From: Octopus vulgaris
Taxonomy: Eukaryota
Direction: 5' to 3'
Length of the DNA: 64,000 bases
Assembly (NCBI GenBank): GCA_951406725.2
Contig: OX597829.1
Span: forward strand, 34,348,001 to 34,412,000
Position numbers and translations under genes: made by a program. Positions within the stretch are counted from its first letter, which is position 1. Every line of letters starts with the position of its first letter. Below, piece after piece: positions 49,700-62,875 of the stretch. The notes below the pieces were generated by a model. It was not told the DNA's origin and made no database searches. It worked only from the letters and a program-made list of their open reading frames with translations.

Positions 49700-50765
49700 G
49701 TCCTCTGTCATCTTTTTCATAAGCTGGAACATCTTATGGTCATTTTCCACCATCTCATCTCAAGACTTCCTCTGTCTGCCTCTTCCACAAATGCCATTCA
49801 TTTTGAGTAATTAACACTTTGCAGTTGTCATCCTCTATATGCATCATATGCCTATATTATTATAGTCTCCTCTCTTGCATGTCACATTTGATTCCCCTAA
49901 TACCCAGCTTGTCTCTCAGTTCATTTATACTCCATCATTTTTTCACAGTAGCATGACATATCCAGCAAAACATACTTGCCTCATTTCTTTCTAGTCCCTG
50001 CATCCCCCAAATTTAAGACCCATGTCTCACTGTTCTGCAACACACTTCACATACAGACATGATACAATCTACCATTTGCCTTTGAGAAAATTCCTTTGTT
50101 GCCAGCAGAAGTAATAGTTCCATGAACTTTTTCTAATCTGTTCTTATTCTAGCTACCTTGCTTTCAGAATATCTGTCTCTACTGCTGCTCTGGTCTCCTA
50201 TTAGTTGTATTTAGGGAGCCCTCTAAGCATTTGAGCAAATCTATTTACCAAGTGGTCTTAGTTCCTACTGCCCCTATACACCTACATCATATAAATACCT
50301 TTTCTATTAGCCTACATTTAATCCTACTATACTTTTTGTGTGTTCATTGTTTACACTGGACATACCTTATGGTATATCTACTCCTTTTATTTTCACTAAG
50401 TTTACTTCAACAACTTTCAGTCCCTGATTTTGTTTGTATGTCTGGAATTTCTGCTTCACTTCTTTTACTGATTCTGTCATATGCATTGAGTTGTCAGCAT
50501 ATAGGAGTTCTTAAGTGTAGCTAATCCCAAATACTCTGCTATAGCTTGGAGGACTATAATAAATAGAGGGTAAGGTTGAGAACTGAGCCCTGATATATCC
50601 CCACCTGCACATTCAATTCATTACTGATTTTAACGTTACTGACTGCCCCTTTGCAGTCACAAACCATTCATTTATACTTAATTTCCTTAGTGACCAAATC
50701 ACAGTACAAGGGACCTTATCAAAGCTTACTCCAGATCAATAAAGGTGTATGGGCTTATTCCTAGC
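49700..50765 (-). mobile_element. Old decayed RTE LINE fragment
   Basis: Colinear, diverged similarity to 43540-44710. Confidence 0.65.
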
Positions 50766-50789
50766 CACAGAAAAGATGGCATCATGATG

Positions 50790-52730
50790 TTCATCATAGT
50801 GCATTTCCCTTGATCTTCGACCCAAACCTCAACCTGTCACATCCACACTCGTTTGTCTGGCTGAACTTGACCTCTCACTCAACTGTTTCTCGTTTACTGG
50901 TGATTCTTACCAGCAGATCTTGGGAGTGGCCATGGGAACAAGAATGGGCCTGTTCGGTGGCTATGTTGAGGCCCAAATATTCTAAAGTTTCTCTGGTCCC
51001 ACTCCCGAACTACATGGCTGTTATATTGACGACTGTATCGGTGAAACCTCACCTTCCCACGAACATCTAGACTCCTTCCTGTCTTTTGTCAAATCTTTCC
51101 ATCCTGCCCTCCACTTCTCCTGCACTATCTCTAACACCTCTGTCTCCTTTCTTGACATTTTGGTCAGCATTCATCACTCCACTCTTGCCACCTCCACCCA
51201 CTACAAATATACAGATTCACACTCATACCTCAACTTCTCCTCCCACCCTAAACACACCAAACTTTCCATCCCCTATTCCCAATTCCTCCTTCTACGCAGG
51301 ATCCGCAGTGATGACCATGACTTTGAGACTCAGTCTCAACATGTGGCTCGCCACTTCATCCTACGGGAATATCCCCTCACTACTATCCACACTACTCTTG
51401 CTAGAGCACGTTCCGTGGACCATGCATCTACTCTCCCCCTCGAACCTGCCCCACCGTCTCCTGTTTCCCCTCATCTACCACCCTCTCCAACACACCAATC
51501 TCTGAGCCTTCCCGCAACTCCAGTCCAACCCCTCCACTTTGCACATCTTCCTTAACTGACCCGCTCCCCTCCTTCAAATGATCCCACAACCTACAAGACC
51601 TTTTGGTCCACAGCTTCTTCCCTAACCCAATCTCCCATCCTGGCTCATTCCCTTGCTCCCACCTACGCTGCTGCACTTGCCCTTACCTCTCCAACACCAC
51701 CCTCACTGGCACCACCATCGACCCTTTCACATCACCGACTCCTTTACCTGCTCTTCTACTGCATCTCCTGCTCTCTCTGCCCTCCTCTATACATTGGGCA
51801 AATGGGACACTGCTTGGCTGACCAGTTCAAGGAACACCTTCGAGACATCCAACTTGGCAATGACACCCTGGTCTCGCACCATTTCCACTCTACCAGTCAC
51901 TCTTTGCAACACCTGTCTGTGTTTGGATTGTCCTTGCACAGGGCCCATCTGAACTCTTGTCTTTGACGTGAACAGGGGTTAATCTTCTCTCTTCACTCCT
52001 TTGCACCACATAGGCTCAACTCTTCATCTAACCCTCCGCCCTTCTCCTCTCTTCCTTTCACACCTACTTCCTCCCACCCACCTCTCCTCTCTTGCTCCTA
52101 CTTCTCTTCACTCCTACTCTCCTCTCTTCTCTTGACTCCTACCCACCTCCCTTCCCCTCTCCCTTCATTGTAACCCCTCCCTCGTAACCCCCTTACACAA
52201 TCCAACCCCACCCTTATCCATCCAACCCCACCCATCCCTTACTCCCACCTCTACCCCCTACAATCAGCCTAACCCACACCCCACCCTTGCTTTCCCCACT
52301 CTCACCTCCCCCACATCCCAACACCACCACACCATACCACACAACACCACATCACACCATCACACACACACCAGCACTGACCTCTTCCCAGCACCACACC
52401 ATCGTCCACATACCTACATACACACACATCAAAGTGACCAGCCCTCTTCAACACACATACATGCATGTGTACCTTCATTTTGGGATCACCACTACTTTAT
52501 TATCTCCCCTCCTTCCTAGCTCTCTTGTGTGACCATTCTGTCCAACATTCGCCATGATAGATCGCTAGCCACTACACATTCTTTATTTTCTCTCCTTGTT
52601 TCTTTCTGTGGAAAGAGCATAGGCTTGAAACGTTAAAGACTTTTTCACTTCCCAAGCGTTAAACTAATACATTTGTTTGTTATCTACACCACCTGTCTTC
52701 ATCTTTTGTTTTTTTGTGAATTCTCCCCAT
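50790..52730 (+). mobile_element. Penelope-like retroelement (RT plus GIY-YIG, decayed) with C-rich 3' region
   Basis: QILGVAMGTRMG, YIDDCIG, VSFLDILV, YKYTDSHSYLNFSSHPKHTKLSIPYSQFLLLRRI, PCSHLRCCTCPY, IGQMG..LADQFKEH..VSHHF. Confidence 0.85.
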
Positions 52731-53280
52731 ATTAACTATTTGGTTCAGTATGATACATTTGTGTGTGACATGCTTATTGTAGCAGCCCATTTCATACAAT
52801 TGATAGGAAAAAATACTTTTGATTTTGGATTTCCCTTCTGTTTTTGATAACAGCACAAACAATCCACACCCAGCTCTTACCAAAATCAGTGATGACAACA
52901 TATGTCATATTATTTTTGTTAGAAAAGAAAAATTTTCATATTTAACATTGGAAATTTTGTTCACTTGTCCACCACACCATTTTGAATTAACTGCTAAGAT
53001 TTTAAAGTAATAAGTGCCTATTTATAAATCATTGTATCAAACTTGAAGAAATAGAATGCCATGCAAGCTGTAACATAACTGATATTAAAGTTGTTCAACA
53101 AGTAATAAATGTGGGACTTCTTTTTGCCTTTCATTTCTCTCCCAATTTAGTGCTTATAATGTTTAACTTTTGTTTAATATTTATTTCCAGTTTCAAGTGT
53201 TTGCTGTTTATCAAATTCTGTTAATTAATGTTTAATTTTTGTTTGTTTAAATTATCTTTTTCTCTTTCTTATTTCCCTAG

Positions 53281-53354
53281 GTGCTGAGAGACGGGCTCAC
53301 ATAAGACCCCGCGTCTGTATGACCCGAGAAACAAGTGGCACGTCAGTTTGTTGA
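53281..53354 (+). CDS. dia: Distal last coding exon of the formin
   Basis: Strong polypyrimidine tract and ccctag|GT, phase 1. GAERRAHIRPRVCMTRETSGTSVC* resembles the GAERRAQL...MTRE tail of Drosophila Dia. Confidence 0.85.
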
Positions 53355-53364
53355 TACCTTAAGC

Positions 53365-54021
53365 AATAAAAGAATTTTGCCATTTTATATATTCCCTTTC
53401 TTCTGAGTAACGGAAACTGATTAAAAAAACGAAAGATAATCAAGTCATCCAATGTATAAAAATACATGTTAATTTAATCTTCTAATTGTTCATCTCAAAA
53501 GCAAAAGTTTTTAAATGAAATTAATAAATGTGAGGGAATGCAGGGAAAAAATTCAGTCATTTTTATGATTAAGTTTTTTCATGTATTTCTTAAGAATTTT
53601 TAGTTTTTTTTTTTTTTTTTCAATACCCCCACAAAGTCATTCATAAAACTCAGAATATATATCTGATGTTTATTTTTGGCTTAAGTTTCTCTAGACACGT
53701 GACATAATGTAAAGTTTCACACATCTGTGCTCATGTCAAACTTTCAAAAATATACTGAAATGCAAGTGTAATTTGTATGTCTATCTGTGTGTGTAAAAGA
53801 AATAGGCAAAGAGATATGAATAATTATGGATGTTAAAATTATAATTCAAACTTTCATTAATCATTGCATTTTGGAAATAAAAAAAAAAAATAGGGACCAA
53901 TATGAGATGTATGGATGAGTTCCTGTCACAATCTAAAATTCTCCTTTGCAATATTTTAATGCATTTTTCACTCTATAAGCCAAATTTGTGCACTACCACT
54001 GCACACTCTTATGTGAATAAA
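53365..54021 (+). promoter_or_regulatory. Candidate polyadenylation signals in the 3' UTR
   Basis: AATAAA at 53365, 53523 and 54016, downstream of the stop. The AT-rich background makes this weak evidence. Confidence 0.3.
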
Positions 54022-54863
54022 ACTTTAAGCAGACAAGGTTCATAGCTTGTTCTGCTGCAACTTGAAAGTTTTATTATCATTTAGTTAACTTCATTAACAT
54101 TGAAAATAGATGTTGTGTCAAAGGTTGTTGTTTTCAATGCTCGTTAGTTCCAGATCAGCATTGATGAAGCAAATTGGCTATCAAAATTGTTCCAGATATG
54201 ACTAGCCTAATTTGTTTTCTACAGTTTTTTATGTTCATAAACTTTTGCCATTCATCTCATAAACAACAAAGCAGTGTAGAGCATAATTTTCAGTGCATTG
54301 CTTTTGACCAAAGATGAGCTTGCATCATCATATCTTTTTGGAAACTTTAACCAGCTTGTGGAAAAGTTGCAAGCTCTATTATGTAGATACCATTGAGAGA
54401 TTCAAAATGTGAAGTGCAAGACTTTGGTAAGGTAATGTAGGACTGTGAGGTCTGTCTAAACTAAGGTCAACAAATACTTATATTTTTTTCAGACATTGTT
54501 TATAGAACTATATATATCCTTCCTTCTTTGCAATGGCAGAATGTGATGTATGAGAGATTTGACTGCTGTTTCTTAAAGGTTGGTGGGTTCACTCTTCTAT
54601 GCTTATGTAGAAATTGCCTCAGTAGGTTGTAGAAGATGACATTGTTGGTATAATTATTCCATTTCAGAATAACAGTAACTTAACTAAAAGAACTTTGTTC
54701 AAAGAGCAACAGCTTTTGCTGATGTGAAAGATATAGTCACACATACACATGTGATCCGTGCAAGAGTGGAAAAATGAGAATTAAAATGATGATAATGATA
54801 TTCACATGTCCATACACACACATAAATATAGATATAATTGTGTGCAGATGAGTGTGTGTGTGT

Positions 54864-54911
<48 letters not shown>

Positions 54912-55504
54912 ATAAACTTTTTTGTTCTCCGTTTTTTTCCTTTCAACCCTTTCTGTTAAAGAGCATAGGCTCAAAATGTCAAAGATTTTTGCATTCTTTT
55001 CAAGCATCAATCTAATACGCCTGCATGTTGTTTTGTCACTTGTTTTTGTCTTTTGTTTTCTGCAGAGTAGTTGATGTTTGGAAGGGCATCCAGCCATAAA
55101 ATCCCTGCCAAAACAGATACAGTAGCCCAGAGTAGTCTTCTACCTGGCTGGCTCCTGTCAACCGTCCTACCCATGCATGCATGGAAAATGGATGTTAAAT
55201 GATGATGATGTATACACACACACACACATACTGATTTGCTTAATAGAAATGAGGGAAGAATAAATCAGTAAATGCTGCAGAGTATACAGTTTATGTAAAA
55301 TGAATGTTTCTCTTGGGATCTTCAGGTGAAATCTTCATTGAATAAATAATGGTATAATCAGCTAAAACTAAAATGTTATTTTGAAAAGCTGCAATGCAAA
55401 ACTTGATATAAACATCTTGAAAACTCAGCTCTTTTTATTATTGTTATTTTATTGTAACTATGCTTTATGTATTAAGTGTCCTTGCTGTATATTAACAAGG
55501 AGAT

Positions 55505-56335
55505 ATCTTTTGTCTTTTACTTTTTTCATTCATTGGACTGTTGCCATGCTGGGGCACAACCTTATCTCCAGCACTTATTTTTTTAAGTCAGGTACTTTTT
55601 CTTTCAATATCTTTTTTGAACCACTAAGTTATGGGGGCACAAGCAAATGAACATTGGTTGTCAAGCAGTTGATGGAGGCAAACAGACATATATATTTTAC
55701 AGCTTCCACACAGTTTCTGTCTACCAAGATGACCCAGAAGGCATTAGTCAGCCTAAAGCTATAGTTGAAGACACTTGCTCATGTTGCTGTGCCATGGGCT
55801 GAACCCAAAACCATGTAGTTGTAAAACAAGCTCCTTAACTGCAAAGCCATACCTGCACACACACACACATATGTATATATACATATATATGCATATTAAT
55901 GTATTATTAATGTGTGCATGTATATTTGTAGGTATGTGTATTTATTCTTTTGCTTGTTTCAGTCATTGAACTGTAGCTGTACTTTAGCATCTCTTCAAAG
56001 GGTTCAGTCTAAGCCTGGTATGTTTTCTGCCAGTTTCTTTCTGTCAAATTTTTATTACGACATAAGCAAACACTGGTTATCAAGTGGTGAGAAACAAACG
56101 TGCACACACACACACACACACACGCATACACACACACACACATGATGAGCTTCCATAGTTTCTATCTGCCAGATGCACTTGTAAAGTATTGGTTGACCTG
56201 AGACCCTAGTAAAAGAAGAAAACTTCTTAACACATAGCAATACCTTTGTGTGATTGAGAACTGAGGCTGTATTTCTGGGTTCAATCGAACCATGAACAAA
56301 GAAGATTTCTTAACCTTACACCCATGCCCACACCT
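55505..56335 (-). mobile_element. Two adjacent diverged OR2-like SINE copies
   Basis: Reverse-complement similarity to 38217-38610 at about 55505-55857 and 55940-56335. Confidence 0.65.
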
Positions 56336-59300
56336 AAGTTTTGTGAAGATAGTCTCAAAAACGAATTTAGCATTCAAAGCATGAAGTAAAAGACAATCAT
56401 GCAGATATTAATTTTAATGCTCATTTTTGCTGAATTACTATGATAAAAAATAGACAAAATATTGGAATGAACTAGGTCAATCAGATCTCTCATAATACAT
56501 GAAAAAAATTATGTAAATACTGTATTTTATACATGAAGTCTTAGCTTGCAAAAATTGATACAAAATGAATTTGAGCAAAACTATAATTGTTATGTCTGAT
56601 ACAGTGATGTATGGCAAATCAAGGGTAACTACTGTCTAATGTGTATGAAAAATGAATTTGACTTCAATGAACTAATACTGTATTAACTTAAGGTGAATGA
56701 AAACATTGAATTTGCTCTGGCATTTACCATATAGCATTTAATCTAGCTCTCTATTATTTGCACTAACTATACCATCCTCATGCATAAATTGTTACAAGTG
56801 AGAGATATACACTTATCTATTCTAGATATTGTATCTTATATCTAATAAGGAGAATGAAGAATTTGAACATTCAAACTTTATGTTCATTTCCAGTTAGCTT
56901 ATTCATAATAATTGTCTGACACGTGTTTCAGTTGTACTAATTGCATATTGTTGCATATTTATATGCAGCAGCATATAGATATATGCACACACTCACACAC
57001 ACACAGAGTCTGAAGTTTTGACTGATGTGACCCAAAAATGTGAAAATGACAACCATTCAGTTGCTAAACTCACAGGGATTTTGTATTATTGCTATTTCAA
57101 AATAATTTTAAAATTGTCCTGAAATATATTCTTAGATAAAACTCTCTCATATCCTCTGTGGTGTGTTACATATTTTCTTCATTTTTACAAATATTGCAAC
57201 TCCTAAGATTTAAAGACATTGAGTTAGATAACGATTGATGATTATTGAAGTAAGAAAAAATTATATACTGATCTTGTGTGAGTTACATGCACCACTGATA
57301 CTGGTATTATCATTGGAAAATGTTTAACTATAATATAATTTAATTCACCTCCCCTGTAAATTTTCAACCTCTGTACAGTAAACCACCAAACTATGAATCA
57401 AAGAGGGAAACCTCTATACTATTCCTAGAAAAAGCAGTCAAATTTCCTTAAAAAATATTTCTTTTCTTTTGTTAACTTGCTACAAATTGATCAGAACTTG
57501 ATCACTGATGAGATTATCTATCTTCAATTTACAAGAATTAATAATAATTATAATAATGGTTTCACATTTTGTTACAATGCCCAGAAATTTGGGGGAGGAG
57601 ATAAGTTAATTGCATCAACCCCAGTGCTCAGCTGGTATTTATTTTATATTGACCCTGAAAGAATGAAAGGGCCTGGGATTTATTTTATATTGCCCCTGAA
57701 AGAATGAAAGGCAAAGTCAACTCAGGTGGAACTTGAAATCAGCACATAAAGACATGAAATGTCAAACACAATTAGAAGAGCACAGCCTGTAGTAAAACAG
57801 ATTGACTTTATTTATTGAACAATATTTCAACAGCACATCTGTCTTCCTCAGATTCAAAATGAGTCAAGAATGATGAAAAATTATGATACACAAATATTTA
57901 GCTGGACTATATATACTATGCTTCTTCCTAGACACAAAAAGACTTCAAGTTTCATTTGTCCATAACTGGTTTAAACAAGAAAAAAGTAAAAAAAAGGAAA
58001 GAACTGTTATCAAATGTTTTGTATAAGTCTAATGGAATTCTGTAATTTTGTTCATCCCCTTAGAATATGACACAAATAACTCACAAATATATTTATCTTC
58101 ACATGTTTTGAGGATTGAAAGTTTGGTAGAGACAGAATATTTTCTAGGAATGTGTAATTTAAGTTGTTCATTAAAGTTACAATCGTTTGTAGTGACATGC
58201 TCAGCAAGTTCCATTGAAACAGTGTTATAGTTCCTGACATTATATTTATGGCCATTTTTTTTTTTTTATGTGCAGCCAACAAGATTTTTAACTTGAGGAA
58301 GAGACATAGTGTTGAAATATTGTTCTAAAAACATAGTAAAGCTGTATTTTGTTACACCTCATGCTCTTCTAATTGTATATTTACCTTCGTAAAGAATTAA
58401 ATAAATCTTCGTAAATAACAATAAGAAGAGTACGATGTGATTTGTAATAGAGATTGTTTATTTACCTTCATGAAGAGTTACATCAATCTTTATAAATTAT
58501 CAAAATCTATAGATGATGATAATAACAGATTCAAATTTTGGCCCAAGGTCAGTAATTTTAGGGGAGGTAGTAAGTTTATTACATTGACCCCAGTGCTTAA
58601 ATGGTACTTATTTTATCAATCCCAAGATGAACAGCAACGTCAACCTCTGGAAACTGAACTCAGAATGTAAAGCTAGAAGAGAAGCCACTAAGCATTTTGT
58701 CCAATGTGCTGATTGTGCCTGCTCACTGCCATGCTGATAATGATAGTTTGAATTCTGTGAAATATTTTCGTTAAAAAAATCTCTTTCCACCTACAAAGCA
58801 ATATAATGTTTAATAGATTCATAATAACATTTCTCCTCTTCAATCCATAAATTCTTTTTACTATCCATTTTACCATCTGCCATTATCTTATAATATGTAG
58901 TGAAGTGCCAGTTGTTTTCCATAATAACATTGATTCGTGTTTCTTAGCTGGTTCAAATTGGTGTTTTACTGATGATTTTAGAGCAGAAACTGAAAATTGT
59001 GATGTATTGCTGTGTGTTAGACTACTACAAGTTCTTGAATTCTGATGATTATTATTGATTAATGATAGTTAACTTTTCATGTTACCTAAGACTTGTATAT
59101 GAGCAACTGTCTTGAGCAAATTGTTTATATTTGCATGTAGATACATACATTATGCTCCTCTATCTGTGTTATGAATTGACTTTTTTTTTTCATTTCTGCC
59201 TAAAAATGATAGAAAAGTAAAAGGCAAAAATTTCCAAGATTTTTGCTCCGATGTTATATTTCCTCCATGCAGTTACTTTAACACTAGAGGTATGGATGAA

Positions 59301-60360
59301 TCTAAGTGTGTTATTATGTCCTACAATTTAAATGTTTTATATTGTCACTTCATATCATACCAGATATTTTGTATATGAATAAACCTTGTTTTATATTTGA
59401 TCATTATGTATTTTATATTTCATGATTGTAAGAGCTTGTTTCAGTTTTTTACCTTATATATCAACTTACTGCCCGAATTTTACAGACTGTGATATGTCAC
59501 CTTGATTGCCTTAAAATTTTTTCTATTCTGAGTAGGGGCGGGGGAGACATTGATTGAGAAACAAAAGTAGCAAGTAACAATAATTAAAAAATGAGAGAAT
59601 ATTGAAATAAATTTCTAATCATAAGAATTGGATTTGAAAATATTTTCTAGTATTACAATTGTATAACTGTACACTAATGGGATAATATGTAAATGAATGC
59701 ATAAAACTGCAAGAGTCTAGAAAAAGTATCTATTTATGATATTTAAAAGAAAGAAATAGAAAACATAACAAAATATAATGTACTGTTGTATGTAATTTGC
59801 TAGTGTACATAACACTAATAACACCAGCTATTAAACTTATATTCATATCCATTTTAGAATTTAGATGTCTGAATCTACATCTCATCATTGCAAGAGTATG
59901 TCTCTCCTTAATGATTTATTACATAAAATATTTCAATTTATTTTTATTAATTTAAAAGAGTGAATAATTTCAAGATTTAAAGAATTTTTAAATGCGAAGA
60001 TATTTCTGAAGTGACAATTTAAACCAATTAAAAATACGATTTTTTTTTCCCAAATGGGGCAACTGTTATAAATTCATAAAGTTGATATTTTACTTGGTTT
60101 AGTGTGTGCATATGACTGTAAATATATGTTGTTAACTGTGCAAATTAACTTTTTTTAACTACTTAATTTGAACAAAAAATGTTTTATAAAAATTGTCAAA
60201 AACTCTTTTAATTCAAATTACGATAAATGTAAACAAAGTTTGCTTTTAGAAGCACTGAGATGTATTGAAACAAACTTTGTTTACATTTATCATAATTTGA
60301 ATTTAACATACAGCATCTTATAAAGCTAGATTTATAAGTTCAAAAATTGTGAATCAACTT

Positions 60361-60439
60361 GTCAGCGGGCAGTTTAGCTTAATGGTAAAGCATTTGACCG
60401 GTAATCACATGAGTTCGAGTCTCATGGCTGGCTGTTGAC
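60361..60439 (+). pseudogene. tRNA-like sequence (SINE head or tRNA pseudogene)
   Basis: A box TAGCTTAATGG and B box GAGTTCGAGTCTC. The cloverleaf is incomplete. Confidence 0.45.
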
Positions 60440-60599
60440 AAATTTTTCCACAAAATATGGATATTTTATCCTGATCCTGCTGTTCTATCAGCATTATTCT
60501 GCATTTGAGAATAAATTATTTCCTTATCTATATCTTTCTTTTAGTTCAGTTTTATTTCAGTCATCGTATTTTCTTTGTAACAATTTATATACATACATA

Positions 60600-60954
60600 C
60601 AGTGGCAGACTGTGTCTAAAAATATTGGTTGCCAGGAGACTAAGGGGGCCCACCCACAACTACAAGTAGGCCCACCTGCAACTACAAGTGGGCCCACCTT
60701 CAACTACAAGGGGGCCTACCTGTAACTATAAAGCTATCATTTAATTTTTTTTTCTGTTAAAAGTATTCTTTTCAACTGTCTACAAACACACCCAGGCTGA
60801 AATAATGCATTTTTCCAGCAGTGAATAAAAAATTTTGAAACTTGAGGGGATGGGCCCCTTAGATACTAACATGGATCCCCCCATATATGGATTCTAATGG
60901 TACAGGGGCCCACTTGCCATCGGGCAAGCTGGCAACTTGGCCAGTCCGCCACTG
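60600..60954. mobile_element. hAT-type MITE with internal 21-bp tandem repeat
   Basis: TIR cagtggcagactg / cagtccgccactg, 8-bp direct repeat catacata on both sides, about 4 units of gggcccacctgcaactacaag. Confidence 0.8.
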
Positions 60955-61011
60955 CATACATATATGTATATGTGTGTATCTTTTAATTCCTTTTTTCTTC
61001 CTATATATATA

Positions 61012-61380
61012 TTCTTTTATTTCAGTCATTTGACTGCAGCCATTCTGAAGCACTGCTTTAAAGGGTTTTTTATTTGAAGAAATTGACCCTAGGATTTATT
61101 CTTCATAAGCCTAGTACTTATTTTATCAGTCTCTTTTGCCAAACTGCTCAGTCACAGGGACATAAACACACCAACATCAGTTGTCAAGCAATGGTAGGGG
61201 ACAAACATGTACTTATATATACAACAGGCTTCTTTCAGTTTCCATCAATCAAATCAACTCACAAGGCTTTGGTCAGCTTGAGGCTATAGTAGAAGACATT
61301 TGGCCAAGCTGCCATGCAGTGGAACTGAACCCGGAACCATGTAGTTTGGGAAGCAAGTTTCTTGCCCCACCTGTGCCTAT
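61012..61380 (-). mobile_element. tRNA-derived SINE (OR2-like)
   Basis: Reverse complement of 38217-38610. Confidence 0.8.
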
Positions 61381-61399
61381 CATATATATATATATATTA

Positions 61400-61880
61400 A
61401 TAATGATAAGGAAAACAGAGTTTTTCCACATCTGTAATTTTATTACACAGTTATTTACAGCATTCTTTCTGGACCTACGTATATTTCAGCTGCATCAACT
61501 GTTCTCTGTTAGATGTACAATTTCATCAGGGTCCTTATTTACTGCTATCTCTGTGTCTGAGGGGTTATCCAGGGTGAAAAGTGCATCATCCTTGTATAGA
61601 TCCCCTCCTATTTCAGGGAATTCTCTGTTTATGCTAAATAGTTAGAAGATTCCTACTAAGTCCCTAACTTGTGCGGAGTCTGTTGATCCCATAGTAATAT
61701 TGAACATCTCCAGTTTCTCCTTTCTAACCCAGTACTTATCTTCAAATTTGATAACTCATTTTCTAACCACTAAGATAATGCCTATCTCTTCTCTAGTTAG
61801 TTCAGGGTTGTTTCTAACAAACATGAGTGCCTTATTTAGGAGGATGGGATTTATAGAAGAGTAATAGTAATATCCATTTG
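61400..61880 (-). mobile_element. Penelope-like RT fragment fused to a pLTR with hammerhead
   Basis: Minus strand YYSSINPILLNKALMF...FNITMGSTDSAQVRDLVGIF...GGDLYKDDAL, then a hammerhead at 61471-61534. Confidence 0.75.
61471..61534 (-). ncRNA. Type-I hammerhead ribozyme motif
   Basis: GGACC-CTGATGA-aattgtacatc..gatgcagct-GAAAT-ATAC-GTA-GGTCC. Helix I is a perfect 5 bp. Confidence 0.65.
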
Positions 61881-62053
61881 CATAAAAGTGCGGTTTCAGT
61901 AGCAAATGAAAAATACTGAACTGATTTTGAAAATGCTAAAATCATATATGTAAAATATATCTGGTAGCAAGTTTTTATAGAAATTTCACTACCAGTGACC
62001 TAGCATGTATAAAAAGTCAATAGACAACATATTCTCAATATAAAATAGTGTAC

Positions 62054-62492
62054 ATTTAAACACAAGAGAAACTACCTTTAACAGTAGTTTTACACGCTAG
62101 AAGGAGCAGTCAAAACGACCAAAACCACATTTACGTATATGATTTTAGCATTTTGAAGACCAGTTTGGTGTTTTGCATTTTCTGTCGACTGAAACTGTGC
62201 TTGGATGGTGAATTTGAAAAATTATAATATATAATGATGAGACATGTGTTATTTGTCTCTAAATTATATGTTAATGTTATGGTGCAATTACTCATGAGAA
62301 TTTCACCTAGCAAATTATTTTATTTGCCAAATAAAATTCGAAACCTAGGTATAACTGTAAAAAAATAACAAGGTAAAAGTTTTTATTTTTCATTCCATTT
62401 GAAATTGCTCTTAAATGTGGTCTTGGCTGTTTTGACTGCTTTTTCTAGCATGTAAAAGTACCTGTTAAAGGTAGTTTCTCTTGTGTTTAAAT
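62054..62492. mobile_element. MITE-like element with ~80-bp terminal inverted repeats
   Basis: atttaaacacaagagaaactacctttaacag...aaaccacattta versus taaatgtggtctt...ctgttaaaggtagtttctcttgtgtttaaat. Confidence 0.75.
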
Positions 62493-62845
62493 ATATATAT
62501 GTCTATATATATAGAGGTCTATATATATGTGTGTGTGTCTATATATCTATATATATGTCTATATATATATATATGTCTCTACATATGTCTTTATATATAT
62601 ATATATAAAATATTAGAAAAAAACCCATCTTTTATCAATTCAAAATGAATAATTAAATTACACCATCTAGAAAATTACATATAATTGAAAAGTTTAAATT
62701 AAAATAACAATAAAACGTGAAGATTAAGTAAATTACAAAAATAATAAAAATGTATATAATAGGTAGGAAAACGACACATGTTACGCTGCTATATTTAAGA
62801 AATGATTATAGTAGTATATATATATATATATATATATATATGTCT

Positions 62846-62875
62846 ACTAGCAGAGATACCTGGTGTTGCCCGTCT
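62846..62875 (-). mobile_element. Possible Helitron 3' terminus
   Basis: Minus strand cgggcaacaccaggtatctctg-CTAG-t: an imperfect GC hairpin upstream of CTAG|T. The 5' end was not located. Confidence 0.4.

Noticed and set aside
52600-52640. Hammerhead in the terminus of the 50790-52730 Penelope family (ctgtggaaagagcataggcttgaaacgtt)
   Set aside because: The copies here read CTGT rather than CTGA in the core. The GAGC/GCTC stem and GAAACGT suggest hammerhead ancestry, but I cannot support a ribozyme call.
58880-59420. Possible distal 3' UTR end with AATAAA near 59378 and a U-rich downstream tract
   Set aside because: Cannot be distinguished from AT-rich background without transcript data.
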